NCBI GenBank assembly: GCA_049999805.1
Contig: JBNGIO010006342.1
Span: 103,778 to 167,777, forward strand
Origin: Folioceros fuciformis
Lineage: Eukaryota
Direction: 5' to 3'
Length of the DNA stretch: 64,000 nt
Part shown: one piece after another, positions 50,476 to 63,993 of the stretch
How the letters are laid out: every line of letters starts with the position of its first letter
Position numbering within the stretch: the first letter of the stretch is position 1
Program-made: the position numbers and the translations under genes
Notes under the pieces: model-generated
The model's input: only the letters and a program-made list of their open reading frames with translations
What the model was told of the DNA's origin: nothing
Databases searched by the model: none

Positions 50476-51658
50476 GTGGTGAGCGATGCCATGCATTGCT
50501 GCTAGCGAGGAGATTGTGATCCTTCCTTTTAAAAAAAAAAACAAAACAAAACAAAAGGAAAATGTAAGCAGCAAATCCTTGTGAGCAACAAGCCGGAATG
50601 CATCGGGCTTCTTATAGCCAATGGGTTTCTCTTCTTTATCTGTGCCGTGGAATCCAAGGAGCACTTGGCCGTGTGCAGGAGATCGGAGGTGTGACGCCAT
50701 AGCACGGCACAGCGACGGCATGGTGCTGCACTGGAGTGAGCACTCCGCCCCTTGAGAACCTAATGCACGAGGTGCAAGCCGGGGAGATGAATTCCCCGCT
50801 ACATAGTTACCCTACACACCCAACCTGATGTCCCCCTAGGCTGCCGATTCCCATGGATGGGCAAGGAATCAGACTCTGCAACGACACGACAACAATCTAT
50901 GGCAGGCACAGGCCAAGGTGGTAACATCTGCAGCAACAACTGAGGCAAGAGCAGACCACGGCAGCAAAATTTGTGGCACAATGCAACGTGGTAGTGAGGG
51001 CTCCGCTCCGTGATGCCAGAGGCGCAAGTGTGGCAAAGAGATTGCACAAATTGGTCATGCTCAGCAAAGGATGGTAGCAATCCCGACGGTAGCGATTGGA
51101 GGCAGGAGTATGTCAAGGTGGTAGCAATCCATGGCAGACACAAGCTGCGGCGGCAGAAATTTAGGCCTGGAATGTTGAAGTGGGAATCCAGTCTCGCTAC
51201 CAGCAATTAGAGACAGGAGAAGGGCATGTCGGCAACACAGGTGAAGCATAACCTCCGTGGTTGTAGTTGCCTAGTAGTGTCGTGAGGGGGCATGGAGCAG
51301 AACGCGCTGACACTGGAGGCTGGAGCAGATTGCGGTGACCCTCCTCATCTGCGGGAGAGGAGAGGCATCGATTGCTACCTTCCTCCTAACGCATGCTCCT
51401 ACACTCAATGCCAAGGTCATTTGGAACACAAGGGAAAATCCCGGTATGGAGTGGCAAATCAAGGTTAGCCCACGGCTACCTGATACCAGCTTGTGGCCAT
51501 GATTAATGCCTTTGAAGAGGTCACTCTCAGCTGAGAGGCCACAAGGCAGAAGCCGAGGAATACACTCCGGTACCCCGCCAATGAGATCCTGTTCCGAGTC
51601 ACCACCTTCGAAATTCTCTGTCTCAGCACCAGCATATCACCGCATCAAAGGAGTTACC

Positions 51659-52870
51659 ATGGCGAGTGTGACACGGCTTGATTTCAAGGACAAGGACCGG
51701 TTCTCTAGGGCAAATTATGATGTCTGGGCTCGTAGGGTCAAGACCTTACTGCAAGTCGAGGAATTGTGGGACATTGTGGATGGCACAATCTCCAAGCCAG
51801 GGGCCAACGCAATACAGGCCGATGTTGCAGCTTGGACGAAGAAAGACCTTAGAGCAAGGGCCATACTGGAGGCCACCATCGATAGTTCAATGATCCACCA
51901 CATTGATGATGCATCTGGATCACACATGGCATGAACAGCTTTGTCGCAAATGTTTGCGACTACAAATCAATCCTCCCTGGTACATGCCACTATATCCTTT
52001 TAGAATTGTAAGATGAAGGACACGGACAGTGTTGAGGAGCATGTGATGCGATTTCGCCACCTTAGACAGAAGCTAGCATCCGCAGGCACGCCAGTCACGG
52101 GGTTGCAGGCTTCGGTGGCTTTGCTCATGTCATTGCCAGACAAATACCGGGTATTTGTCAGCACACAAAACAGCAGCTTGAGGACTGCTACTGCTACTAT
52201 TGTGTCCTTATCCAACACAATTGGTGCTTTGCTCGAGGAGGAAGCGACCATGCACTCAAGCCGTGGGGGCCAAGGTTCGCACAACCAGGTCCTTTATGCT
52301 GGCAGAGGAGGAAGATGGGGTCGTGGTGGCCGCTTACCACAAGACCACCATCGCAGGGCATAGGCAAGACAAATGAAGGTCGAGATCCGCCAAACCCCAA
52401 CCATAGGAAACTCACCTGTAACTGGTGCCGTCTTCTAGGCCACATAGAGGCCGACTGTAGAAAGAAAATAGCCGGGGAGCCGAGGAGAGCACTTGAGGCT
52501 CATGTAGCTGCTCGGGCCAAAACGACAAATCCAAATACCATTCTTAATGTGTTCCTCGCACACACCAAGGCTGATCAAAATCATTGGTTTGTCAACTCGA
52601 GTGCTGCCGCACACATATGCTACATGCGAGAAGGCTTCATCAAATATAACGCCTATGCACCTAGACAGTTTGTCCTACTTGGAGATGGGAGTGAACTTGC
52701 AGTTGCTGGTTGCGACACCGTGCAAATTCAGCTGCTAGATGGATCCACCCGCTTACTCCACCCCATGAAGAGGAAAAATGAGACTTTCCCTCTGTTCCAA
52801 GCCTAGTTGGTCACGGTGCAGTGCCAAACAAGCTGTCTCCTCAAGATCTTCATATCTGACAATGGCACAG
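51659..52870 (+). mobile_element. Ty1/Copia gag-protease remnant with stops/frameshifts
   Basis: NYDVWARRVKTLLQVEELWDIVDG..WTKKDLRARAIL (gag N-terminus), LLMSLPDKY, CNWCRLLGHIEADC zinc knuckle, WFVNSSAAAHIC (degenerate protease WxxDSGA), and an integrase trace SDNGTEF near 52855. Confidence 0.88.
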
Positions 52871-52959
52871 AATTTGTGGTGTGAGTAAGTACCTTGTCTC
52901 CTTCTCGCATTTTCAGTCCTCACACTCTGTGCGTTACGCACAAAGTTTTACGGACTCAA

Positions 52960-53370
52960 GGTTCTTGCTCACACCAGCAAACTTAGACACCTTCGAGCCT
53001 AACTTACCTCTCTTGGCACTATGATGGATGAGGTGGACGTGATTGCTCAACTACTCACCAGCCTGCCACCTAGTTGCCAAAGTTTCGTATCAAGGAAACA
53101 GAACTGAAGGCCAATGCAATGATGTAGGACCTTCCACAAAACGCACTGGACATTGTAACTGGTGCGGCAAACCTGGACATTGGGTTAATGAATGTAGGGA
53201 AAAGAAACAAGATTCTTGCTCACACCAGCAAACTTAGACACCTTCGAGCCCAACTTACCTCTCTTGGCACTGTGATGGATGAGGTGGACGTGATTACTCA
53301 GCTACTCACTAGCCTGCCGCCCAGTTACTAGAGTTTCGTATCTGCACAAAATGTCCCCATCCGATAGGTT
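52960..53370 (+). mobile_element. Second Copia-like gag fragment, internally duplicated
   Basis: 52962-53070 is repeated at 53213-53320 (HTSKLRHLRA.LTSLGT.MDEVDVI.QLLTSLPP). A CNWCGKPGHWVNEC knuckle lies between the copies. Confidence 0.7.
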
Positions 53371-54044
53371 ATGGCTGCCGATGCTGCTAGGAGACAGGTC
53401 ACTATCACATGGCCGAATGCACTATTCCTGCTGCCTCGCAGCATTCGAAACCCCGTGACAGCCTTCCTCCTTCACGGCATAGACTGTCTTGCGACGCCGG
53501 CTACCCTGGGCCCGACGTAGTTTGACGCCTCGCCGCGCCCGCCTTCTTGCGTCTAGCACGGCGGGGTTGCTATTCCTCGCACGGTGCGGTCCTCGCCCCT
53601 CGTCCTACACGGTGGGGCCTATCTGCCCCGTGTATGTGGCACGGCGCCTGGCCTAGCACTCGCACGGCACAGGCGGGTGCCTCGCGCTACGGGGTGGCGC
53701 CCTCGCAGGCCGCGCACTAAGGCGGCCTAGCGCCCCGCTCCCCTGGCAGGCCGCCCCTCTAGCTCGGCAGGTGCCCCGCGCTGGGGCAAGCACCCCGTGC
53801 AGCGCGGGTGGGTGCTTTACGTTGCGGGGTGGCGCAGCGACGCCCTCCTAGGTGCTCCGCGCTGTCGCTGTCCGCATCTGAGCACAGCGGGGCTGGAGCC
53901 CCCTTGCACCCCGGGCAGCAGGGTTGCTGCACACGGGCCCCCGGGATGCTGCCCTCACTCCGGTGCCTTCCTCACGACCTTGTTGCGCCTTTGTGCATCT
54001 TGTCCACAGCACCTACAGCCATCACCAACTTGCTCCACAACCAA

Positions 54045-54370
54045 GCTCTGATACCAGTTGAAGGATTACTAGGGGAGCCACACGATGAAGGAGGAGGGGA
54101 GCCACATGATGAAGGAAGAGAGGAGAAAGCAAGGTCTGTGACACGCTATTGCAAGGGAGCTTAAGAGGGTATTTATACCCTCTAGAAGAGCTCCCAAGGA
54201 AGCTTCACAAGAAGCTCATAGGAAACTGCTTCACAAGAAGCTCAAAGGAAACTGCGCAAGAAGCTTCTTAAAGACTAGCTTAAGCTAATCTAAACAAATG
54301 ATACTTAACTAGATACTAATCTTAGACTAAATACATTAGTCTAAGCACATGGGGCTTTAATAACCCTACA
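54045..54370 (-). mobile_element. LTR (54059-54370, TG...CA on the minus strand) with adjacent tRNA-iMet PBS (54045-54056)
   Basis: The minus strand reads TGTAGGG...TATAAATA...CCTTCA-AC-TGGTATCAGAGC. Confidence 0.8.
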
Positions 54371-54978
54371 TCTCCAAGGCATTGATGTAGTCCCAAATAG
54401 CATATCGGGCCCTTAACCTAAGATCACTATGTCCAAATTAGCTTTTGTTTGTTTGCTGTTTTTTGTGCGATGTTAAGTTTAATGCAAAGGCCTTAGTATT
54501 ATCCTTCACACCTTGGACAAGAGGAAACAATGGAAATCACCTTTAACTGTTTTAAACAATGGTATGAATATTTTCTCATGCGCAAAAACGGATGAACGAG
54601 GCATGTTCATCCTAAAGGATAATGGATACAAGGGTTGGGGAAGGGTATTTGTCTATTCCGGCCCTTCATAGGAAGTCATGTTGTGATTGTACATTGGATT
54701 TGTACATAGCCTTGCAGACTGTAGTTGCATATTATGTTTTCATATTTTAGTTGCTTATTGTGGTTGCAAGATGCAATTGCAGATTGTGGTTGAGAATTGT
54801 GTGTGCAAATTGTGGGTGGTGATTGTGGCTGGAGACTTAGCCTAAGTCTGTAACCACAAGGATGCAAACTGTGGTTCTAGACTGTGGTTACAATTTGAGC
54901 ATGCGTGTTGCAATTGCATTTTGGTGTGCACATTGTAGTTGCCTTTTACGCTTGTAGTAAACCCTTGCTTGCAGATTG

Positions 54979-55275
54979 CAATACCTTTTGTGCATTATGT
55001 TATTTGTAGTTGTTGAGAATGATTACCTAGACCTCTTGTGTGGTTTGTGCATGCATTTCAAGTCGTTTGCGACAATACGTATGTGAAGAGCTTGGAGGGT
55101 AAGGACTACCTCCCTTATATGTACCAAGCAATACCTTTTGTGCATTATGCTATTTGTAGTTGCTGAGAATGATTACCTAGACCCCTTGTGTGGTTTGTGC
55201 ATGCATTGCAAGTCGTTTGCGACAATACATATGTGAAGAGCTTGGAGGGTAAGGACTACCTCCCTTACATGTACC
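54979..55275. repeat. 150-bp tandem duplication within repeat-rich DNA
   Basis: CAATACCTTTTGTGCATTATG...GGACTACCTCCCTTA..TGTACCA at ~54979 and ~55129. Confidence 0.85.
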
Positions 55276-57207
55276 ACCTACACCTGGCCTTGAGAACATT
55301 GTGGGAGCAAGGAGTGCAAGAGTAGGATGGAGGCCTACTTGCGCTCATGGACAAACCAAAAGGCCACTCCATGCGCATGGACAAGCATATACGTTCTCCG
55401 TTGTTTGCAATAGTGTGGCGTCTTCCCAATGGTGTTAAGGCGTGTGCGGTTTTGGGGGGATTCCTCTATACCTTTAGCTTGCCCTCATTGGCTATGGGAC
55501 AAAAAAAGGGGATTGCATTGCCCCATAGGCAAGTGCAATGTGCATTAGGTGTTAATCATGTTGGTTCCATCAAGGGAAATGCTCTTGTGCATATAGACAG
55601 AGGAGGGGAGATCCTCTTGAGCTCTTCACTTGGTACCAAAAGCAGCGAGGGGTGTGGAGATGGTGAAAAAGCGTGGAGCGGGCATCCCCTTGCTTTCTGC
55701 ACATGGTACCAAAAGCGGCTAGGGGTGTTGAGAAAGATGAGAAAGCATGGAGAGGACATCCCCTTGCTCTCTTTACGTGCTACCAAAAGCGGTGAGGGGT
55801 GTGGAGATAAATGAGAAAGTGTCGAGGAGACAGTTCCTTGCTCTCTTTACGTGGTTCCAAAAGTGGCCAAGGGTGTGGAGATAGATGAGAAAGCACGGAG
55901 GGGACATTCCCTTGCACTCTTCATACGTTTACTGAAAGCGACTTGGGTGTGGAGATGGATAAGAAAACGCGGAGGGTGCATTAGCTTGAGCTCTTCACAT
56001 ATTACCAAAAGCAGCCGGGTTCTTGATTCACTTAGCACCAGGCTTATTGTGGGGATGATTGGTGAAACCCTAAAAAGATTTATGCAATAAACTGGGATGT
56101 GTCAAAAAACAAATGAGAATTGCTATGCTAGAACAATATAATATCCCTGTAAGTTGGTTTGGTTGAGATGCCTAGATGGCAACATACTACCTATGCAATG
56201 AGGGTTGTTATGGATAGTATGCTTTATAAACTTTGTATGGTAGAGCCTTTGACCATACCAATATTCCATATGTTCTCTCGTAAAATATCACCGACATAGA
56301 ACAATAGAAAAATTTAGACAACTTAAGATAAGATAATAAAGATGATGATGATATATAATTTAATTATATAACAGAATAGATTTTTATACATATATTATGA
56401 GATAAAAAAATAAAAAAAAATCTTCAAACTGCAAAGAGGAAAAAACCCGATGCACCTGCTTACCACTATAACGTGCCTCGGCTATCGCCTCAGTCAGCAG
56501 CAATAATGTAGGGCGTGTCTCGTCCCCAACTCAGCGGGCCCTTTACGCCAGGGAACGGGCACTCGGAGGAACGCCCAGCCTAGAACAGGCTCGGCTATTC
56601 TCGGCGGTGGCACCCGTTCAGGCCCCCGTTCCCGAATTCATTTCCTCGTTTGTACACAAACTTCTTCTGAATGTGATGACAACGCAAAGAAAATTGGTCT
56701 ATCAGACGCCCCTACCCTCAGCGGACGTCCGATGGTGGGAGTGCATGCTCTGGGTAGTTTGGTCTCGATCCTTCACAGCAATTTACTCCATGAAATATTT
56801 CCTCGTAGGGCATCCTGTGGCTATTTCTCTCATCGCGAGATTCCGCGATGGGTTGCATCCGGGACGATGACACTTGAAGGGTATGCACTACCGCGCTGAT
56901 GAGAATGTAACTCGGCCGATCAAGATCTGTTGGCTGTGGAGCCATCTGTGCGGATAAGCGTGCCAGCCGCTACAACAGCTAGCTAGTTCAGTCCAAACTA
57001 CTCCGCTCTTGTTGCTGGAGTACTGTACATATTGTATTCCGTTCCCTTGCGCGACTCTTTCGCGAGTCAACAATTTGCGACAAGATGATCTCATGTGGAG
57101 GATGACATAAATCGTGTAAAGCAAATAGAACTGGTTCCAGATCCGTAGCTAAGGAGTAGTATGATTATTAATATAATAATTTATGTGCGATGCTCTTGTC
57201 ATCCAAT

Positions 57208-57280
57208 GCGCGTGTAGCTCAGTGGATAGAGCGTCTGTTTCCTAAGCAGAAAGTCGCAGGTTCGATCCCTGCCTCGCGCG
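57208..57280 (+). tRNA. trnR-CCU: tRNA-Arg (anticodon CCT)
   Basis: GCGCGTG/CTCGCGC acceptor stem, TAGCTCAGTGG A-box, TCTGT-TT-CCT-AA-GCAGA anticodon arm, GGTTCGATCC B-box, upstream CAA and downstream T-run. Confidence 0.96.
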
Positions 57281-57503
57281 ATAAGCGAATGCCTATTTTT
57301 ATTACACACGGGCACTCACGACGTCCGAATGTGCGTCCAATGGACTAAGGGCGTCTGATACGGAACTCCTCATTACTTCTCGATAAGCTACCCCATTTCT
57401 ACCCTAATTGCGATGCTAACGAATGTGAACATGCCTTCATAAGGGTGTCTCCCCGCCACTTAAAAGACAATTCAACCAACCTCAGGACAATTAAGTACGT
57501 GAC

Positions 57504-60500
57504 TCAATGCCTACTACTGCTATTGCTTCCATGACTCCCTCCAAAGCTACCAGTACTGTTGCTTCTTTGCACAAACTCTTCCTGTACACCCTCCAGACCA
57601 AGATGGCCCTCTCTCACGTTCATGCTTTTTGAGGCAGTGATGCCTCGTCTGGCTATCTCGTTGTTTAAGCCCAAAACACTGTCCTTCTGCGTCGGTCGCT
57701 CCATATCCGTATCATAAGATAAAGCCTTGCAGACTCCCAATGTCATACCAACAGACACTAGGGTCTCCAACGATCTCTCACTGTTGGCCAACAGGTCCTC
57801 ATCAAACTCTATTGCTTTCTGTAAAATAGCACGTGGTAGGTAGTAAGGATGCAGTAAACGGTTTAGGTCCTAAAACATGTCAAGGTCATTACGTACCTGT
57901 TGGAACACACATACGCAGGTACTGCCCCCAAACGAGAAGTAACCAAACTGGAAGGAGCAGAAAAGCTCGTTCTCTTAGATATCGATACACCAAAAACCTC
58001 CACGAGAGTGTGGGCTTCGGACGCAATAGCAAGGAATGCAGACGCTAGTAACAAGACAGCAGTACCTCATCGCCCTTTGTAACCCGGTCCCCCTGCTTTC
58101 TTGAGAAAGAGATTGAGCCAACCATTGTTGCTCCAATGGCAACGAAGGCCACCTGGAAGAAGGTCACGAAAGCAACAGATTGAGCTCTTCGAGAGTAAGT
58201 TACTACCGGTTATTGCAACGATCAGAAATACAACCGAGGCAGTTATCTGAAGTTGGTAAAGGACTCTAGTTTGTGTCCAAACAGGCTCCTCACCTTGCCA
58301 AACTCGTGAGTTTGAAGGACAGTAACCGCTCTCTTGTTTTCAGTGAAGACGTTGCAGTACTTGCTATTCACAGCGATGGGGTTCACCTGCAGATGGACCA
58401 TAGATTCATCGGCTGGCCAATGGAACTCTTAAACCAGAACAAAGCAAAATTCAGATGCTAGAATTTAGCACAGCAGTCTAGAGCCGTAATGCATACCGTG
58501 TACAGGTGCCCTGGTATATCAACAATCTCTCCCACTATCCCGGTGACAGGGGAATGGAAACGGTGGTAATCCTGCCAACAGCGAGCAGCCAGTGAACATC
58601 CTAATTTGCAAAAACAGGTGTTTCAAGAAAAGGACAAAAAAAAAATGTACATCATGTTTGTTCTGTTTGAGAAGAACTACTGGCCTTGTGTGGCAGACGT
58701 TCACCTGAGGTGCAAGACGAAAAATTGCTATTGACCCCTTGTCAAAATCCTTGGACATCTTCTCGTCTCCTAGAAGGCCAGCAATTGAAAATTTCCGCCC
58801 CTACAATGCACCAATTAACAGCCGAACTCACATGCGAGTCACACATTTCACACCGAGCTGCATATTAATTCAACAGCAAAAAGGACTACAGATAACAACA
58901 TAACATGACGACATCAAAGAACTAAGGTATCCTGGGCGATGATGTACCTTTATCCAAAACCTGGTGGCATCATCCGCATTTGTGAATACCATCAACCGGC
59001 AATCGGCCGCGCATACAGCCACTCCATCATTAGTGGGATGTGCAACGGGACGAGCGCCAGGTTTAAGCTCTCTCACAAAGAACTCGTTGAAAGTCTACAC
59101 AGCATATGAAACAACCTGGATAGGTCAGAACAACAGCTTCATGCTTAGCATCACACCGGCAACTGCTAGTCATTCATCCTCCATAGGCAGCTTCCAATTT
59201 GAATTTTCTGTCAACAGCCACGCATAGACGAGACTGGTAATAAGGACCTTGTAATGCCCCACGGGATACTTGAACTCATCAATGTTGATACGATCCTGTC
59301 CGCAGAATATGTAGTCAGGACTAGTATGTCTCCAACAAACCAGCGGTGTAGGCACTCAAAAAATTCAAACTCGCTTGCCTTGAAGAAATCAATAAATGCT
59401 GGAATTTCGGCCGCAGATTTTCTGGAGTTCATTCGCTCCCCTTGCTTTTGGGAAATACTCAACAACATGTTTTTCGTACCTGCATGCAGACAACGCAGTC
59501 GGAAATTATACAATTTCGGGTTCAGGGTGCCAATTTTAGCAAGCGTAGTACTAGGCCTGAGAGCTACCAGCGTCCAGAAGTGCCAATCCGAGCTTCGACT
59601 GATAGATTGCGCGCATTGCAAGCACTATTTTTTGGTCAATAAGCTCTTCCACAATCATTTTCGTTCTTCGATCGAACACCTTGCAAGGCAACAATATCAC
59701 GCTAAACATTTCAGTCATCATGGCCATAATTCTCTGAAAAATGTACTCTTCTCAAGATGGAAAATTGTTGACTTTCCAAGATCAGACCAAGATGTGCCCT
59801 GCATTGGCTCCGGACTTCAGCCCAACATCATAGGTAGACAAGCTGGCCCATTCACTAAGCTTAAACATCCACCTGTAACCAACAGAAAATGTGACACATA
59901 GGTTGATTGCAGTCGGTCAGGAGGGTCAAAATTTGAGAAACACAGAAGAGGAGTTGAATTTACCCATACGAGGCCTGCTTCTCTGTCAAAAAGCCACCCG
60001 TCATGATCTGATTTCCAGTGCCCTCATCAAAACAGAGGCTCAAGTGGATCATATCATGCAGGGCATCCACGGTTCCAAGCTCGTCACCACACACAGGACA
60101 CCTCTTCATGAACATTGTCCTGGTTGCACATAAAATGGGTCACTTGTTCGCCTACAAACAACACACTATGTACAACCAATATATGCAAAGTGAGAGCTGG
60201 CAAGTACATTAAGAGACTTCACGAGCATGACATGCAATACACTTACCTTTCGGAATGGATAGCCAGAAGGCTAGCAAGCTCATCTGCAGAAACTTTCCCA
60301 TCCTCATTGCGATCAGCCCGGACGAAAAGTTCTTCAAGCTGTACTCACAAATGACTCTGAGAGTGTATAGAAGAAAGTGGGCCTGTACCCCAGTAGCCAA
60401 TCCACACAACAGAACTGCTTCAGAGTACCTGAAACCATGGCACAGTACCTCTTGATCAGAAATTTTGTTGCCAAAAACTTTGACAAATTCGCAGAACTCG

Positions 60501-61904
60501 GATAGTGACAACTCCCCACTCTCATCGGAGTCCTGGTTCCAAACAAGTTATCCACTTGTGAGTTGATAACCTCGCAAGGACACCGTGTCTACCAACCACT
60601 CGTTCCAACAATATGCTGACCATGAGAGATAGGAGACGACGGGCAAACGCTTTTTCTGTGGCCTCGCTGTCCTGCACTCTTAAGAGTCACAATCAACATA
60701 ATGGTCTGGGGTGAAGAGAGTCCATTCAGTGTTATCCTCCACTACGAAAAACCGAGGTTTATAAGACTCAGATTTGGAGCAGACCTCAGCGCTGTAGGAA
60801 AGAGTGATCTTTCCTACTAGCTTTGACTTGGTGGTTGGATCGTACAGGTCATGGACCTCACGCTCATGTTTTTCTGCCTGATGGTGGGGGTTAACCGCAC
60901 ATCATTCTCAAGAAGAGACCTTGCAATGTGGGAAAACTGCTTCTTTGACGTCAAAGCCTGACATGAAGAACCTTACAGGATCAAACACGTTTGTCAAATC
61001 GAGCTCGCAGTAGCCGACCAGATTATTCGGAGTAATCACATTCGTCTGCACATAGACGCACACTATCACACAAACAGGCTCCCCGTAGCTGACCCGACTA
61101 AGACACGAAAACGCGAGAAATGGAAAAACCAGCACCTCAAACACAGACACTCGAACAATTCGGGGCCCATCCTTCTCGAGCACCACCTTCTTTTCCTGTC
61201 AAGTATCCACCCAAACAGACCATAGTACCATCATTTTGCCCCTCGTGCCAGCACCGTCGACATCAAAAACATGAGGGACTAAATAAAATATGGACGACTG
61301 TGCACGAGGCAAGCTTAGTCCTAATACACAGGGAACAGCAACTTACAGACTTCCAGACGGGCTTATCTGTACTGTTGGGAGGAACAGGCAGCGAACACGG
61401 CCAATGACATCAGACAATGGCGGGCTCCAGGAAAGAAAACACATTCAGACCTCCAGCTGCAGCATCTGATCAGACCACAACAACCAACTGCCTGCAACAG
61501 CAACAATAGCGGCGACAAGGCTAACCAGCTGTACCTCTTCGAATTCGCCGTGCGGAATGTCTGCTCCCCGAGCGACACGCACGCGAACCAGGTATCCTTA
61601 AACTGCATCTTCGCCTGAGTGAAGACACATCACAAATGTTAGTAATGCACCATTCCGCAACCAGCTCTAACGGCAGACACCAGATCTCTCGGAATAAACG
61701 GCTATGCAACTCAGTCCCGAAAACGGTGACCTGAATCAGCTCAATTCGGGCGATTCCGCTGAACTTGTCCTTGCTGAAGATACGTGCCCCCTTGCTACTC
61801 CCGTCAACCGAGGTCGCGTGTGAAGAGGCTTTCGTGGAGGATGCATCCCCTTTCGGCAGCGGGGAGTCCCGAGATTCCGAACCTGTCCCCAGACATTGCC
61901 CCAT
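57504..61904 (-). CDS. PSD2: Phosphatidylserine decarboxylase proenzyme, PSD2/PSD3 type (C2 + EF-hand + PSD domain), many introns
   Basis: FSGIARIELIQ..FKDTWFACVSLGEQTFRT (C2), EF-hand region, IPAFIDFFK, AVCAADCRL, AIFRLAPQ, VAFVAIGATMVGSI, FGYFSFGGSTCVCVFQ (GST self-cleavage site), NSERSLETLVSVGMTLG. Confidence 0.93.
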
Positions 61905-63486
61905 GCCTGTCTGCAACAATGGGCCGCGGCCAAATCGCGCAATCCTGGAGAATCGGTCAGGCTGGCGCACAGAACATGGCCGCGCTTCCCGCCACTGCCC
62001 GCAGCATGGGAAGACCGGGGGGAGGGACGAAATAGACGCCTTGCCGGCCGAACCAGAAAAGACCACTTGAGTCACGCCCCCCGACGCGTCAGGGCGAGAG
62101 GGACGGTAGCTGCACCCGACTCTCGGGGCCCGGTGGAGAGGTAGGATTAAACCACTCCAACAGTTTTAGACACCTCCCCCCTTCCTTCCTAAGCTGCACC
62201 CTTTTATTCCTTTCGATTTCGATTCTGAGACTACATAATACGATCATCTTCACACAAAATTTCTCCACACAAACAATGATCCGAGACGCCAACAAACACC
62301 CCTCTCGAGTTGTCTCATGCATCTTACTTATTATTAAGACAACGACCTCTGAGTCCATCACACATGCACTCTTCATTTCCCTAGCAAGCCAGCTTTTGCA
62401 AGATCCACAACATTGAAGGGATTAGTTATAACAATTTAAGCAAATGAATAGACTTAAGAAAGAATCAATGTCCAAAAGAGTCCCTAACATAAGATGAAAC
62501 ACAATAGTTGAACAATGCTAAACACTAAACAATATCACAATGGAGCACTCGTACATGAACCATCAGAATCTAGATAACACTTTCTGACCAATGAATAACC
62601 AAGGCTAATGAACCTATTGCCCAACTCTCTTGCACAACAAGGTTTCTGCTTTGTAGAAGAAGCTCTTTGAATAGGACGACGTGCTGATTGGTCAGAGACT
62701 CACACATATACCCATGATGCAATTGAGCTGCAATGTTGCGTAGCAATTCAAGTCATGCCATGCATGAGGGGAAAGCATTCACCCTTTCCAAAAATTGATA
62801 AGGTCTTGCTTTAAGGAGGAAATCCACTTATGATGAGCTTTACACACTAGGAACCTCACTGCCAAAAATCTCTTCCCACGCCAATCATTCATATTATACC
62901 CTCATCCCTCATAGAGAGACGGAAAGAAATAAAGAAACCGAGTTGCGTATAGCACATCACCATTTGGACTATGGCTTAGTAGTTTAGATCGATAAGCTTG
63001 GAATACAATGTTGCGTAGCCTTTGCAGCTCCAACCACGCCTTCCATATGTTAGTGTAATGTGTTAGCCCATTCAACCAAGCATTGATAGATTCTTCAGTG
63101 GAAAACTCATGAATAGGAGGGAAATTAGATTGCACCCATGAGTTGTTGAGGACAACTTCCATAGTCTACCTGCCAAGGCAGATAGGTCTATCTTTGTCCA
63201 ACTTGTCTTCTTTCATTTGCTTAGCATGTAACTATTACAATAATAGTATCCCTAGAATTAGTTAGGGCACGATTCACTTGATACGAAACGACATGATACT
63301 AAGCGGTTGCATTCGAACGCACCGCTTTACTAGAACACATAACCTGTATAGACCACGAACGTAATTGATTCTCTTGCTTGCACGCTGGTCGGTGGGATGC
63401 ATTGAACATTTCATGGTTTTAGAGCAGGTCGCAATCGCGCACTTGCCATCTTTGCCACTCAATCATGACAAATAAACCTAGCTATC

Positions 63487-63993
63487 ATGCCTAGCTCTAA
63501 AAAGAAAGAGCGCAAGCTTACAAGGGCGGAATTTCAAAGATTCCACAGAGAACAGGCTTTTCTAAAGCAAGCCCATGAGGACCTGCTAGTCTACGCATGG
63601 TCCAGAGTCTATGGTGTTCTTCTCCTCTTAGGGGAAGAGCTACTATTAAGGGGATTTCTAGACCCTACAGAATACGATCTCTCCTACATTCAGGTTTCCT
63701 ATTCATCAACAATGATCAATGAATACACCACATCCTTCGATGTGGTCATCCCCTGCAGCGCCAACTACATCAAACAAAGGATCCACATCCATCTAGACAC
63801 CCTATCTAGAAAGAACAATTTCTTCAGGAATCCTCCACAACCTAAAATCGAAGGATTAGAGATGTCAGTAATCCACAAAATTAACCAACTGCAAAATCCT
63901 AGAAACACCAACAAACCCAAAACAGTGAGAGTTCTACTCACCATGCACCTGGACACTACTTGCCTCCTAAGGAACTCTGTCTTCGAGACATAA
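63487..63993 (+). CDS. Hypothetical 168-aa ORF, no recognised domain; possibly TE-associated
   Basis: ATG-initiated intronless ORF in AT-rich DNA with a basic N-terminus (KKKERK). Confidence 0.25.
   Translation: MPSSKKKERKLTRAEFQRFHREQAFLKQAHEDLLVYAWSRVYGVLLLLGEELLLRGFLDPTEYDLSYIQVSYSSTMINEYTTSFDVVIPCSANYIKQRIHIHLDTLSRKNNFFRNPPQPKIEGLEMSVIHKINQLQNPRNTNKPKTVRVLLTMHLDTTCLLRNSVFET

Noticed and set aside
56480-56650. GC-rich island that might be a structured ncRNA or small peptide gene
   Set aside because: I found no recognisable snRNA, SRP, MRP or telomerase signatures and no CLE/RALF motif, so I cannot support a call.
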